Shown one piece after another: positions 1 through 9,695 of a stretch of 64,000 nt of DNA (the stretch's first letter is position 1; every line of letters begins with the position of its first letter). Below the pieces are notes generated by a model. The model made no database searches and was not told the origin of the DNA. It saw only the letters and a list, made by a program, of their open reading frames with translations. A program made the position numbers and the translations under genes. Source of the stretch: an uncultured Eubacteriales bacterium (GTDB taxonomy: Bacteria; Bacillota; Clostridia; HGM11514); NCBI GenBank assembly GCA_902492655.1, contig CABUMF010000004.1:17813-81812 (forward strand), in the 5' to 3' direction.

Positions 1-1200
1 AATGCAAAAAGAAGGATTGCTATTGATACAAACTTCTCGCCCCATCCGCCAAATACAGTATGGAACGCTTTTGCAACGAGCGTAGCATCACCCGATATTC
101 CCGATGCGATAACACCGGTATTGAGGTCTATTACGCCTGAAGTGAGGATAACAAGAGCGGTCATTGTACATACAACCATGGTATCCGAAAAAACTTCAAA
201 TATACCCCACATACCCTGGCGAACCGGTTCTTTTACATTTGAGGACGAATGAACCATTACGGATGAACCAAGACCTGCCTCGTTTGAGAATACGCCTCGT
301 TTGCAGCCCTGAGTGATGACCATGCTAATAGTAACACCTGTTGCACCGCCCCATGCGGCGTTCGGTGAAAATGCCATTACAAATATCTGTTTCAAAGCCG
401 GAAGAATCATATTTGCATTTTTTAAGATTATTACAATGCTTCCGATAATAAATGTAACAACCATAAAGGGCACAACTTTTTCGGCAAAATTTGCAATACG
501 CTTCAGTCCGCCGAGGATTATGAGTGCAGCCAGAGCAAGCAGTACAAAACCTATTACAAGATGATACATCGTAATATCATCATAGAGCACTTTAGAGCTA
601 AGAGCCGGTATATTAAACGCAGAAGTAAAGTTCACAACTATTTTATTGATCTGTCCCATGTTTCCGATACCGAAAGAAGCAAGTATACAGAAAATCGAGA
701 AAATAACCGCAAGGAACTTACCTATTCCCTTGCATCCCCGTTTTGAACCGAGACCGTCCTGAAGATAATACATTGCACCGCCGGACCATTCACCTTCGGG
801 ATTTTTGCGGCGATAATATATACCCAACACATTTTCGGAATAGTTTGTCATCATACCCAAAAATGCCGCAATCCACATCCAGAATACCGCACCCGGTCCG
901 CCTGCTGCGATAGCTGCCGCCACACCTGCAATATTACCTACGCCTATTGTTGCGGCAAGTGCCGTACAAAGTGCCTGGAACTGCGAAATGGATTTACCTT
1001 TGGTGTGACCGGAAACATTTTTTTTAAACAGACTTCCGATAGTTTCCTTCACCCAGTGCCTCAGGTGAGTTACCTGAAATACTTTGCTGAGAATTGTCAT
1101 AAGCAGTCCCGTTGCGAGCAGAAGGTAAAGACCCTTACTCCATACCTGGCTGTTTATCACATCATTGATGCCTGCCAGACTTTCAAAAAACTTGTCCATA
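1..1200 (-). CDS. Sodium:alanine/glycine symporter (AGCS family); 3' end cut by window start
   Basis: Absent from the ORF track because it runs off the window. Minus-strand translation from ATG at 1200-1198 (GGAGG 6 nt upstream) gives MDKFFESLAGINDVINSQ... with the AGCS hallmark GGPGAVFWMW and many TM segments. No stop before position 1. Confidence 0.85.
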
Positions 1201-1213
1201 AAAATTCCTCCGT

Positions 1214-1250
1214 AAAATAAAAAATAGAGCTAAACGCAATGTTAGCTCTC
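1214..1250 (-). terminator. Intrinsic terminator of riboswitch expression platform
   Basis: Minus-strand hairpin AGAGCUAAC-AUUGCG-UUUAGCUCU followed by a U-run (AUUUUUUAUUUU), immediately upstream of the RBS/ATG at 1200. Consistent with a glycine ON-switch. Confidence 0.6.
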
Positions 1251-1261
1251 CGAAAAATTGC

Positions 1262-1445
1262 ATAAAAATTCTGCAACAAACTCCGTCCTTTTGCCTGAGA
1301 GATTAAGCGTAAAAAAACACGCCTTGCACCTTCGGCACCCGATGAGAGCTTCTCCGGAGCGCTATCAATTTGCAGTCCTTTTGCCTGAAAGTGTTATTCC
1401 GTCGGCAGAGCGTGTTTTTATCCGCTCATTCTCCTGCAAATGTCG
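1262..1445 (-). ncRNA. Glycine riboswitch, tandem aptamers, in 5' leader of AGCS transporter
   Basis: Minus-strand RNA shows two aptamers. Aptamer 1: GCAGGAGAA...CUCUGCCGACGGAAUAAC...ACUUUCAGGCAAAAGGACUGC. Aptamer 2: CUCCGGAGAAG...GGUGCCGAAGGUGCAAG...AUCUCUCAGGCAAAAGGACGGAG. These match the glycine-aptamer cores (GGAGA, GCCGAAGG-GCAA, CUCUCAGGCAAAAGGAC). Glycine riboswitches commonly control AGCS symporters in Firmicutes. Confidence 0.75.
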
Positions 1446-1508
1446 TCTATTCTCATATAGTATCACAATTTGCAGAAAAATGCAATAGTTATTAAAAAAT
1501 TTTTTAAT

Positions 1509-3284
1509 TTATTTTTTCTGTGCCATAACAAGGTTGTAATACATACCCTGTTTTTTCATGAGCTCCTCATGATTTCCTTCTTCTTCAATACCGCCGTTTG
1601 CGATGCACATAATCTTATCCGCCTTCTGAATTGTGGAAAGCCTGTGCGCTATAACAAACGATGTTCTTCCGGCAAGAAGCTTATCGAGAGCCTTTTTGAT
1701 AAGTACTTCCGTCTTTGTGTCAATGGAGCTTGTTGCCTCATCCAAGATAAGAATTCTCGGGTCGGACACAACAACCCTCGCAAAGGAAAGTAGCTGTCTT
1801 TCACCTGCGGAAAGCTCACTTCCCCGCTCCGAAATAATCGTGTGGTATCCATACGGCAGGCGGCTTATGAAGTCGTCTGCATAAATAGCTTTTGCAGCCT
1901 CCATGCACTCCTCATCCGTTGCGTCAAGCCTTCCGTAACGAATATTTTCAAGCACCGTTCCTTCAAAAATAAAGGAATCCTGCATCATAATACCCATCTG
2001 CGTACGAAGCGATTTTAATGTGACCGAATGAATGTCCGTTCCGTCAATAAAAATCTGACCCGAAGTAAGGTCATAGAACCTCGAAAGAAGATTAACCGTA
2101 GTGGTTTTTCCGGCTCCCGTAGGCCCAACAAACGCTATTGTTTCTCCGGGAGATGCTTTGAAGCTTACATTTTCCAGGACATTTACGCCTTCTTCATAAC
2201 CAAACGAAACATTTCTGTATTCTACCTCTCCCTTAATGGGCGGAAGCTCGACAGCACCGGGAATATCCTTTATTTCCACGGGTTCGTCCATCATATCAAA
2301 AACGCTTTCGACATTGGCAAGAGCGCTTACAACCTGATTATAAATGGTTGTCATATTGTTAATCGGCGTCCAGAACTTTGAAATATACTGCGAGAATGCA
2401 AAAATTACACCGAGAGATATTGCGCCTTTTCCGAGGAGAATCCATCCGACAAAATAGGTCGCAACAGTGCCCAAAACGCTTGTAATATCAATACAAGGTC
2501 CGAAGCCCTGGGTGAATTTGTAAACATCGAGATACGAGTCCGTTACCTCCTGATTTATTCTCGCATAATTTTTGTTTGTGGATTTTTCTCTCGTAAACGC
2601 CTGAATAATCTTGACACCCATAATATTTTCGTGAATCATGGCACCTCGGTTTGAAGTCTTTTTGGTCATTTTCTGCATACGAACATGAATGAGCTTTTTG
2701 AACACAATCGCCAGAATGAAAATCGGTATGCAGGTTGCCATGCTCACCCAAGTCAAGGAAGCATCAATCGAGAACATAAAAAACACAATTCCGACCAATG
2801 TTACAATATCGCTGAACATACAAACGATACCCTCACTCATTATGTTACCGAGGGCGTTTATGTACGATGTAAGCCTTGTAAGAATTTTACCAGTCGGTCT
2901 GTCATCGAAGAACTTGAACGAAAGCTCCTGCATATGGTCAAAGAGGTCTTTTCTCAAATCGTAAATAACGCTCTGCCCGACATCGTTTATAAGATAAGCC
3001 TTAATTACCGTAAACCCTACCTGAACGGCAATCGTTAAAAGGTATAAGACGGAGAAAATAAGAATCATCTTAATTTCTTTATTCGGTATTAATTCATCCA
3101 ATATATTTTTAGAGATAAGAGGTCCTATAAGCGAGCTTATGGATGCGGCAAACATAACGATAAGCCCCATTGTAAGCTTCCATTTGTACCTTCCGGCATA
3201 GGAAAACAGCTTTTTGAGCTGACCTGCATCAAGGCGGTGTTTTATGACTTCATCTTCAAAATAAGTGTTTCTCTTAGCCATATA
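1509..3284 (-). CDS. ABC transporter ATP-binding/permease protein (exporter half, type B)
   Basis: N-terminal 6-TM domain, then Walker A (GPTGAGKTT), signature LSAGERQ and Walker B (ILILDEATSSID). Start moved to MAKRNTYF at 3284, which has AAGGAGG 7 nt upstream; the track start at 3329 lies inside the upstream gene. Confidence 0.9.
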   Translation of the reverse strand, partial: YMAKRNTYFEDEVIKHRLDAGQLKKLFSYAGRYKWKLTMGLIVMFAASISSLIGPLISKNILDELIPNKEIKMILIFSVLYLLTIAVQVGFTVIKAYLINDVGQSVIYDLRKDLFDHMQELSFKFFDDRPTGKILTRLTSYINALGNIMSEGIVCMFSDIVTLVGIVFFMFSIDASLTWVSMATCIPIFILAIVFKKLIHVRMQKMTKKTSNRGAMIHENIMGVKIIQAFTREKSTNKNYARINQEVTDSYLDVYKFTQGFGPCIDITSVLGTVATYFVGWILLGKGAISLGVIFAFSQYISKFWTPINNMTTIYNQVVSALANVESVFDMMDEPVEIKDIPGAVELPPIKGEVEYRNVSFGYEEGVNVLENVSFKASPGETIAFVGPTGAGKTTTVNLLSRFYDLTSGQIFIDGTDIHSVTLKSLRTQMGIMMQDSFIFEGTVLENIRYGRLDATDEECMEAAKAIYADDFISRLPYGYHTIISERGSELSAGERQLLSFARVVVSDPRILILDEATSSIDTKTEVLIKKALDKLLAGRTSFVIAHRLSTIQKADKIMCIANGGIEEEGNHEELMKKQGMYYNLVMAQKK

Positions 3285-3294
3285 AAACCCCTCC

Positions 3295-5022
3295 TTACTC
3301 GCTGTACTGACGGCGATAAACATCGGCATACTTACCGTTGAGCGCCATCAGTTCATCGTGAGTGCCCTGCTCTGCTATACGGCCTTTATCCATAAACAGA
3401 ATAATGTCCGAGGACTTAACCGAAGAAATTCGGCTTGCAATTACTATAACCGTCTTTTTGCCGCCCATGCTATCAATATTATTAAGAATTTCCCGTTCGG
3501 TTTCGTTGTCAAGAGCACTGGTGGAATCGTCAAGAATAAGGATTTTGCAGGGCTTCATAAATGCCCTCGCCATTGAAATTCTCTGTTTCTGACCGCCGGA
3601 AAGTCCGACGCCCCGTTCGCCCACAATAGTATCGTAAGAATCGGGCATCTCGGAAATGAAATCATCCGCACAGGCAAGCTTTGCGGCAGCCTCCACCTCT
3701 TCATCGGTTGCGTTCCCGTCAACACAGTAAGCGATGTTTGACTTTATCGTATTTGAAAACAGGAAAACATCCTGCATAACAAGGGAAATACCGTCACGGA
3801 GCTTTTGAAGGTCAATCTCACGAAGATCAATTCCTCCCAATGTGACGCTTCCCGAAACAGGGTCGTAGAACCTCGGAATAAGGTTTATAAAGCTTGATTT
3901 ACCGCTTCCGGTCGCACCGACGATACCGACCTTCATTCCGTGCTTTATGTGAAGATTAATATTTTCAAGTGCCACATTCCCGTCATACGAAAGCGAAACA
4001 TTATTAAAGTCAAGATCCCACTTTTCGGGTTCCTTTTTATCCTCGCAATTTTCGATAGAGGGCTTTTTATTAAGCAAATCAAGGATTTTTTGTCCCGAAA
4101 TAAGTGCGGTAAGGAAGTTTGTCACATATGTCGGAACAAGGTTCAAAGGATTCATAAGATATGTAATATATCCCGTAAACGCAACCATTTCACCCAAAGT
4201 CAGCTTTTCGTAGCAAACCAGTATGCCGCCGAATCCCACCGTAATTATGTATGTAAGATTGGTAAGCATGAACATTTTCCAGTAGTTTTTTGACCATACG
4301 GGAACATAGTCAAGACGGGACTGCCTGAAATCCTCATTAACCCTGTCCATTTTCTTTATTTCGTATTCTTCTCTCGCAAAGGCTCTAACCTGCCTTACAC
4401 CGTTAATATTCTCCTGTGCAACGGTTGAAAGCCTTGCAGTCTGCTCACGCATATTAATAAATACCGGACGCGACTGAATGGAATACTTTCTCACAGCCAT
4501 ATAAATAAAGGGAAGCACAATATAACAAGCAAGAGCCAAAACCCAGTTCATATAGAACAGAATTACACTCGCCGCAACAAAGGAAAAAACAGATTCAAAA
4601 ATTACGGGGATAATTGAAGAAAAGATGTTCTTGACATTTTCGGCATCATCCGCAAGCGTTGTCATAACATTACCCGTTTTAGCCTTGTTGAAGGTTTCAA
4701 ACGACATTCTGAAGAACTTATCCATGCAGTCACCGCGCAGAGCGTTGATGACAGCCATTGACTTACGCTCCAAAATACGGGCTTTGGAATAATTTATTAT
4801 GTGCTTTACAACCGTAACGCCGAGCATGACGCCAAACAGCAATAAAATATATTGAAGAGAAGCTCCTGTTGAGCTTTCCGAAAAAACATTGTCAAAAATA
4901 TATCCGGTGATTTTAGGATTTATCATGTTAAGCACTACAACGATAATGCTCATGAAATAACACATAAAAACCGTTTTCTTATAGGGCCTGAAATACTCCC
5001 ACGACTTTTTTATTACGTCCAT
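3295..5022 (-). CDS. ABC transporter ATP-binding/permease protein (partner half of heterodimeric exporter)
   Basis: TM domain plus Walker A (GATGSGKSS), signature LSGGQKQR and Walker B (ILILDDSTSALD). Start MDVIKK at 5022 with GGAGG 8 nt upstream. Only a 10-nt gap to the downstream ABC half. Confidence 0.9.
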   Translation of the reverse strand: MDVIKKSWEYFRPYKKTVFMCYFMSIIVVVLNMINPKITGYIFDNVFSESSTGASLQYILLLFGVMLGVTVVKHIINYSKARILERKSMAVINALRGDCMDKFFRMSFETFNKAKTGNVMTTLADDAENVKNIFSSIIPVIFESVFSFVAASVILFYMNWVLALACYIVLPFIYMAVRKYSIQSRPVFINMREQTARLSTVAQENINGVRQVRAFAREEYEIKKMDRVNEDFRQSRLDYVPVWSKNYWKMFMLTNLTYIITVGFGGILVCYEKLTLGEMVAFTGYITYLMNPLNLVPTYVTNFLTALISGQKILDLLNKKPSIENCEDKKEPEKWDLDFNNVSLSYDGNVALENINLHIKHGMKVGIVGATGSGKSSFINLIPRFYDPVSGSVTLGGIDLREIDLQKLRDGISLVMQDVFLFSNTIKSNIAYCVDGNATDEEVEAAAKLACADDFISEMPDSYDTIVGERGVGLSGGQKQRISMARAFMKPCKILILDDSTSALDNETEREILNNIDSMGGKKTVIVIASRISSVKSSDIILFMDKGRIAEQGTHDELMALNGKYADVYRRQYSE

Positions 5023-5124
5023 ATCCAGCGTCCTCCGAATACTAAATTCAATAACATAATACACTAAAATTACAAAAAAGTAAACCCCTAAATTCGGGAA
5101 ATAAAGCTTTTTTTGATGATTCTA

Positions 5125-5152
5125 TTGATTTTTCTCTCAAACATGGTATAAT
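5125..5152 (+). promoter_or_regulatory. Sigma-A type promoter (TTGATT-16-TGgTATAAT) for HD-domain gene
   Basis: TTGATT at 5125-5130, 16-nt spacer, extended -10 TGGTATAAT ending at 5152. About 30 nt upstream of the RBS AAGGGG. Confidence 0.5.
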
Positions 5153-5187
5153 ATACTTAAAATAACTCGTTTTAAGGGGTGATTCCT

Positions 5188-6384
5188 TTGCTTAACAAGC
5201 AATTCTTTTTATTGCTTCATCAGGGTGCGAGCATTCAGAGGTGGAACGAACATTTCAGACCTCACAAAGGCTTTACGGAGCTTGACAAGCAGGCGCACAA
5301 AGCATTTTTCATGTATGTTCTTCATAAGCTCGACGATACGGCAGACCCTCAAAAGCTTATAGAAGGCTGCATTTTTGAATATCTTCACAGAGTAATTCTT
5401 ACGGACATCAAGCCTCCCGTATTCCATAAGATGATGGATGAAAAGGGCAAGCAAATCAACAGGTGGGTTCTCGATCAGTTAAAATGTGCTTTCGAGGATG
5501 TTGAAAACGGATTTTTTGTAAGATTTGAAAAATACCTTTTGGACGAAAATTATGCATCCCACGAAAAACGGCTTATAAACGCGGCTCATTATCTTGCTAC
5601 ATCATGGGAATTTGATATTGTTTATAGAATGTCGTCCTCGCTTTACGGCATTGAAGAAACAAAATCCCAGATTGAATCCGAAATAGCGGCATTTTTTGAT
5701 CTTTCCGCAATACAAAAGTATTACGGGAACTATAAGCTGAAAAACTTCACTAATCTTGTTGGGCAATTAAGGCTTCAACAGCGCTGGGCAAGGTGCACAA
5801 GGGCAATGGAAACCTCGGTTATGGGGCATATGCTGATAGTTGCAATTCTTTCATATATGTTTTCCCTCAGCATAAACGCCTGCAAAGAAAGGCTTTGCAA
5901 CAACTTTTTCGGCGGTCTGTTTCACGATTTGCCCGAGGTGCTGACACGGGACATCGTATCCCCCGTCAAAAACTCCGTTGCGGGGCTTGATGACATCATA
6001 AAGGAAATGGAGGATAACGCAATTTCAAAAAGTATTCTCCCCCTTCTTCCCGAAGAATGGCACAAGGAAATTCTCTACTTTATGCGTGACGAGTTTAAAA
6101 GCAAGTACATAGACGAAGGAAAAATCGTGTTCTCCGACAGCGTTTCCATAAACGAAAGATTTAACCGTGACGAATATAAGCCGATAGACGGTGAAATTAT
6201 TCGCGGCTCCGACCACCTTTCGGCATACATTGAGGCAGCTCTTTCGATTCATTACGGAATTTCCTCAGAACCCCTTATAGAAGGCAGAAATTCAATACGC
6301 AGTTCGTACAAGGATAAATACATCGCCGGAATTAATTTCGGGGATTACTTTGAAACCTTTGACGATTATCCAAATAAAGTTTGA
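5188..6384 (+). CDS. HD-domain phosphohydrolase, YfbR (5'-deoxynucleotidase)-like, tandem HD modules
   Basis: The C-terminal module has RW...H (SVMGHML) ...HD (GLFHDLPEVLTRDIVSPV) ...D, typical of YfbR-like HD hydrolases. The N-terminal module repeats the pattern (RWNEH...AHKA...EYLHRVILTDIKPPV) but HD is degenerated to HR. Start assigned to TTG at 5188 (AAGGGGTG 6 nt upstream); the track start was GTG at 5179. Confidence 0.6.
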   Translation: MLNKQFFLLLHQGASIQRWNEHFRPHKGFTELDKQAHKAFFMYVLHKLDDTADPQKLIEGCIFEYLHRVILTDIKPPVFHKMMDEKGKQINRWVLDQLKCAFEDVENGFFVRFEKYLLDENYASHEKRLINAAHYLATSWEFDIVYRMSSSLYGIEETKSQIESEIAAFFDLSAIQKYYGNYKLKNFTNLVGQLRLQQRWARCTRAMETSVMGHMLIVAILSYMFSLSINACKERLCNNFFGGLFHDLPEVLTRDIVSPVKNSVAGLDDIIKEMEDNAISKSILPLLPEEWHKEILYFMRDEFKSKYIDEGKIVFSDSVSINERFNRDEYKPIDGEIIRGSDHLSAYIEAALSIHYGISSEPLIEGRNSIRSSYKDKYIAGINFGDYFETFDDYPNKV

Positions 6385-6409
6385 CTTTTTCTGTACTTTA
6401 TGATATACT
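6381..6409 (+). promoter_or_regulatory. Sigma-A type promoter (TTGACT-17-TGaTATACT)
   Basis: TTGACT overlaps the stop of the HD gene, 17-nt spacer, TATACT at 6404-6409 with upstream TG. Precedes the acyl-CoA synthetase gene. Confidence 0.45.
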
Positions 6410-6480
6410 TACGCTTGTTGCGTAGGTATGTACACAGGCGGAAGCCCGTTCATATATTTTCAATTTTGAGGTGTTAAAAA

Positions 6481-8151
6481 ATGAAATCAGTAAAGGATAT
6501 TAAGCTTTACGATATTCCAAAGGTTAAATCCATGAGGGAAATGCTCGCTCTTGCCTCGGCGGAGTCGGGTGACAAAACCGCAATAATGTACAAAAGCGGA
6601 AATGATATTGTTTCCCACACCTATTCCGAATTCACAGATACAACATATTACCTGGGAACTGCTCTTATTGATTTGGGTTTTGGGGAAAGCCACATTGCGG
6701 TAATAGGCGAGAACAGCTATCCCTGGATTTGCGTGTACCTCACCGTTTTGCAATCATCGGGGGTTATCGTGCCTGTTGATAAAGAGCTCCCCGAAAACGA
6801 TATTTTCAATGTTTTGCAGCACAGTGACAGCGAAATTGTATTCTGCTCCGCAAAATATGAGAAAATTTTCAGGGAAAACCGTGAGAAAATTCCGTTTATT
6901 AAGAAATTCGTGTGCTTTGACGAAGACGAGGATGACGGAGATTTTATATCATACTCAAAGCTTGTCAAACGGGGCGAGGAATTAAGAAATTCCGGCGATA
7001 AATCCTTTGACGGAGCAGGAAGCGATGAATACGCCCTTAAAATGCTCGTTTACACATCGGGTACAACGGGAATGTCAAAGGGTGTAATGCTTTCCGAGCA
7101 TAACCTTGCGTCAATTGTTTCATATGGACCGACCGTATCGGATGTTCATACAAAATGCCTTTCGGTACTTCCCTATCACCACACATATGAGGCGGTTGCG
7201 GGGATATTGGTAGGTCTGCACAGGCGTGCTACCATATGCATTAACAGTCAGCTTACCCAGGTTCTCAAAAACCTTCAGGTTTTTAAACCCGATTACATTT
7301 ACCTTGTTCCTGCCTTTGTTGAGCTTTTTCACAAAAAGATTTGGCAAACGGCAAAAAAACAGGGCAAGGAAAAAGGGCTTAAGCTTTTAATCGCACTAAG
7401 CAACGCTCTGCGCAAAATCGGTATAGATAAAAGAAGAAAGCTCTTTTCGTCCATTCACGAAAGCTTCGGCGGAAATCTTATTAAAATCGTTTGCGGCGGC
7501 GCTCCCGTAAGAGCGGAGCTCGGAGATTTTTTTGACAGCATCGGAATAAACCTGATAAACGGGTACGGCATAACCGAGTGTTCTCCGCTTGTATCGGCAA
7601 ACAGAGAAGAAATTAACGATTGTTCAACGGTGGGCGTGGTTCTGCCTTGCTGTGAAATAAAGTTTATAAACAAAACGAGCGAAGGCGACGGCGAAATCTG
7701 CGTTAAGGGCGATACGGTTATGATGGGATATTACAAAATGCCCGAAGTAACCGCAGAGGTTTTGGAGGACGGATGGTTCAAAACCGGAGATTACGGAAAA
7801 ATGAACGAAAACGGCTTGCTCATGATTACGGGAAGAAAGAAAAACCTTATCGTGCTCGATAACGGTAAAAATGTATTCCCCGAGGAGCTTGAAAACTACA
7901 TTCAGGCAATACCCTATGTTAAGGAAGTAATCGTCAGCGGAGAAAAGGACGAAAACGGAATTGAAACCGCTCTTTGTGCCGAAATTTACATTGACCCCGA
8001 AATGATTCCCGAAAATCCTCTTGACACTTTAAGAAGTGATATTGACGAAGCAACAAAAGAACTGCCTGTTTACAAGCGGATAAATACTATTAAGCTTCGC
8101 GATACGGAATTTGAAAAAACAACTTCCAATAAGATTAAAAGAAAATACTAA
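6481..8151 (+). CDS. AMP-dependent synthetase/ligase, long-chain-fatty-acid--CoA ligase-like
   Basis: AMP-binding motif YTSGTTGMSKGV, adenylate-forming core (GYGITE), C-terminal lid. RBS GAGGTG upstream of ATG at 6481. Confidence 0.85.
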   Translation: MKSVKDIKLYDIPKVKSMREMLALASAESGDKTAIMYKSGNDIVSHTYSEFTDTTYYLGTALIDLGFGESHIAVIGENSYPWICVYLTVLQSSGVIVPVDKELPENDIFNVLQHSDSEIVFCSAKYEKIFRENREKIPFIKKFVCFDEDEDDGDFISYSKLVKRGEELRNSGDKSFDGAGSDEYALKMLVYTSGTTGMSKGVMLSEHNLASIVSYGPTVSDVHTKCLSVLPYHHTYEAVAGILVGLHRRATICINSQLTQVLKNLQVFKPDYIYLVPAFVELFHKKIWQTAKKQGKEKGLKLLIALSNALRKIGIDKRRKLFSSIHESFGGNLIKIVCGGAPVRAELGDFFDSIGINLINGYGITECSPLVSANREEINDCSTVGVVLPCCEIKFINKTSEGDGEICVKGDTVMMGYYKMPEVTAEVLEDGWFKTGDYGKMNENGLLMITGRKKNLIVLDNGKNVFPEELENYIQAIPYVKEVIVSGEKDENGIETALCAEIYIDPEMIPENPLDTLRSDIDEATKELPVYKRINTIKLRDTEFEKTTSNKIKRKY

Positions 8152-8154
8152 AAA

Positions 8155-8195
8155 AGCGGTGCGGCAAAATTTTTGTTTTGCCGCACCGCTTTTTG
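8155..8195. terminator. Bidirectional rho-independent terminator
   Basis: Perfect 15-bp inverted repeat AGCGGTGCGGCAAAA/TTTTGCCGCACCGCT with a 6-nt loop and T-runs on both sides. Lies between the convergent acyl-CoA synthetase and trxA genes. Confidence 0.7.
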
Positions 8196-8207
8196 TGTGG
8201 TAGTCAA

Positions 8208-8522
8208 TTAAAGCCCCAACGCTTCTTTGAGTTCTTCCTTGCTCTTGTACCCTGTCGAAGCCTTTACCGCTTCCCCGTTTTCAAAAAGAATAACCGTAGG
8301 AATGCTCGCAACACCGTACTTCATTACAAGCCCCTGAGCATCATCAACATTGATTTTGCTCACCTTAACGGTTCCGGAAAGCTCGTCTGAAAGCTCGGCT
8401 ATAATCGGCGCAAGCATTCTGCACGGACCGCACCATTCAGCCCAGAAATCCACCAAAACGGGAATGTCCGATTTAAGCACCTCTTGCTCAAAGTTTTCCT
8501 CATTAATTACAACTTCGTTCAT
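8208..8522 (-). CDS. trxA: Thioredoxin
   Basis: WAEWCGPCRM active site; ~104-aa thioredoxin fold. AAGGAGG 7 nt upstream of ATG at 8522. Confidence 0.95.
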   Translation of the reverse strand: MNEVVINEENFEQEVLKSDIPVLVDFWAEWCGPCRMLAPIIAELSDELSGTVKVSKINVDDAQGLVMKYGVASIPTVILFENGEAVKASTGYKSKEELKEALGL

Positions 8523-8525
8523 ATT

Positions 8526-8729
8526 TTATTCCTCCTTAGATTTATAATAGAGCATACAATGGCAATATCCTTCAAAATCAGGATCGGCAATCTGCTCTTT
8601 GAATTCCTTACACATACACTTAAAATCCTCTGTTCTCTGTATGCGGCAAGGGCAATAACCGCCCGTTCTTTTAAGACCTTCCCTTACGGTTTTAACAACA
8701 TTTTTGTCCTCATTTAGTCTTACTGCCAT
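8526..8729 (-). CDS. Ferredoxin-thioredoxin reductase catalytic-subunit-like small protein
   Basis: The 67-aa protein carries CPC...CMC...CHCMLY, matching the three CxC motifs (including the CHC-ML signature) of FTR catalytic chains. Its stop lies 3 nt from the trxA start and its last codons contain the trxA RBS, so the two are in one operon. Confidence 0.6.
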   Translation of the reverse strand: MAVRLNEDKNVVKTVREGLKRTGGYCPCRIQRTEDFKCMCKEFKEQIADPDFEGYCHCMLYYKSKEE

Positions 8730-8795
8730 AAAACCTCCGTTCCGCCGACTTAAGCCGGCATAGCATTATCAGTTAATTATGATTATCTGCCGATA

Positions 8796-9644
8796 TTATA
8801 AATTATATTCGGGAAGACCGGCATCAAATTTTTCAATTAAGGATTGCTCGTAATCCCCCGAAAAGCTTCCGTTTTTGAATTTTTCAAGACCTTCCGAAAT
8901 AAGCCTGTCCCAGCATTCGTTTTCACACTTGGGGATAATCGGATAGAAGTGAGCACCCACCGCCTTTGCGGCATCCATATCGCCAAGCGCATCGCCGAGC
9001 ATCAAAATTTTGTCGGAATCGTAGTTACCCAGAGCCGAAGCTTTAAGCTGTTCCTTTTTGCTTCCTGCCTCCTGACCGCAAAGACAAGTAACATATTTCA
9101 GTATTCCGCCCCGTTCCCAGTCAGTCTTAAGCCCTTCTGCCGAAGCGGAGGAAACTATAACAATGTCCGCATATTCCGATGCCTTTTCAAGAGCCTTTGC
9201 AACGGAAGGGAAAGGTCTTAAGCTTTCGGTTCCCTTTGAAAAAAGCTCGTCCGAGCCGCGGCTCCAGTCAAGAACCTCTTTTAATAGCTTATCATCGTGA
9301 GTCTTTATAAACTCGGTCAACGAGGCGTTTGACATCTTAACCCCGGAATCGCAAAATTCTTCAAATGCAGAAAGATCCCGATTGAAAATTCCTCTTTTCT
9401 TAAGCTCCTTGAAAAGAAGCAAAAGTCCGGGAAATCTGTTAATACCGCGAAGCTTGGAATACAGGTTAATAAACTCCTCCAGCTCGCAGATTTCCTCTTT
9501 TTTGTCCTCCATACCCCAGATTTTGAAAATCATAGGTATAAAGGAATCCGTATGCTTAATTGTCATACTGTCAAAAGCAGTACCGTCAGAATCTATCCCG
9601 ATAAAAAACTGCTTTTCGGGCTTGAAATTACTGAGTTCGACCAT
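8796..9644 (-). CDS. HAD-family hydrolase
   Basis: DxDGT motif (GIDSDGTAF) and C-terminal GDxxxD (GDALGDMD). Start moved to MVELSNF at 9644 (GGAG upstream), because a terminator hairpin sits right at the track start. Confidence 0.8.
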   Translation of the reverse strand: MVELSNFKPEKQFFIGIDSDGTAFDSMTIKHTDSFIPMIFKIWGMEDKKEEICELEEFINLYSKLRGINRFPGLLLLFKELKKRGIFNRDLSAFEEFCDSGVKMSNASLTEFIKTHDDKLLKEVLDWSRGSDELFSKGTESLRPFPSVAKALEKASEYADIVIVSSASAEGLKTDWERGGILKYVTCLCGQEAGSKKEQLKASALGNYDSDKILMLGDALGDMDAAKAVGAHFYPIIPKCENECWDRLISEGLEKFKNGSFSGDYEQSLIEKFDAGLPEYNL

Positions 9645-9667
9645 ATTTAATTCTCCATTCATATTCT

Positions 9668-9693
9668 CAAAAGAGCGCCCGAAGGCGCTCCTT
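9668..9693 (-). terminator. Putative terminator after GH3 gene
   Basis: GAGCGCC-CGAA-GGCGCTC hairpin followed by a short U-run on the minus strand. Confidence 0.4.
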
Positions 9694-9695
9694 GA

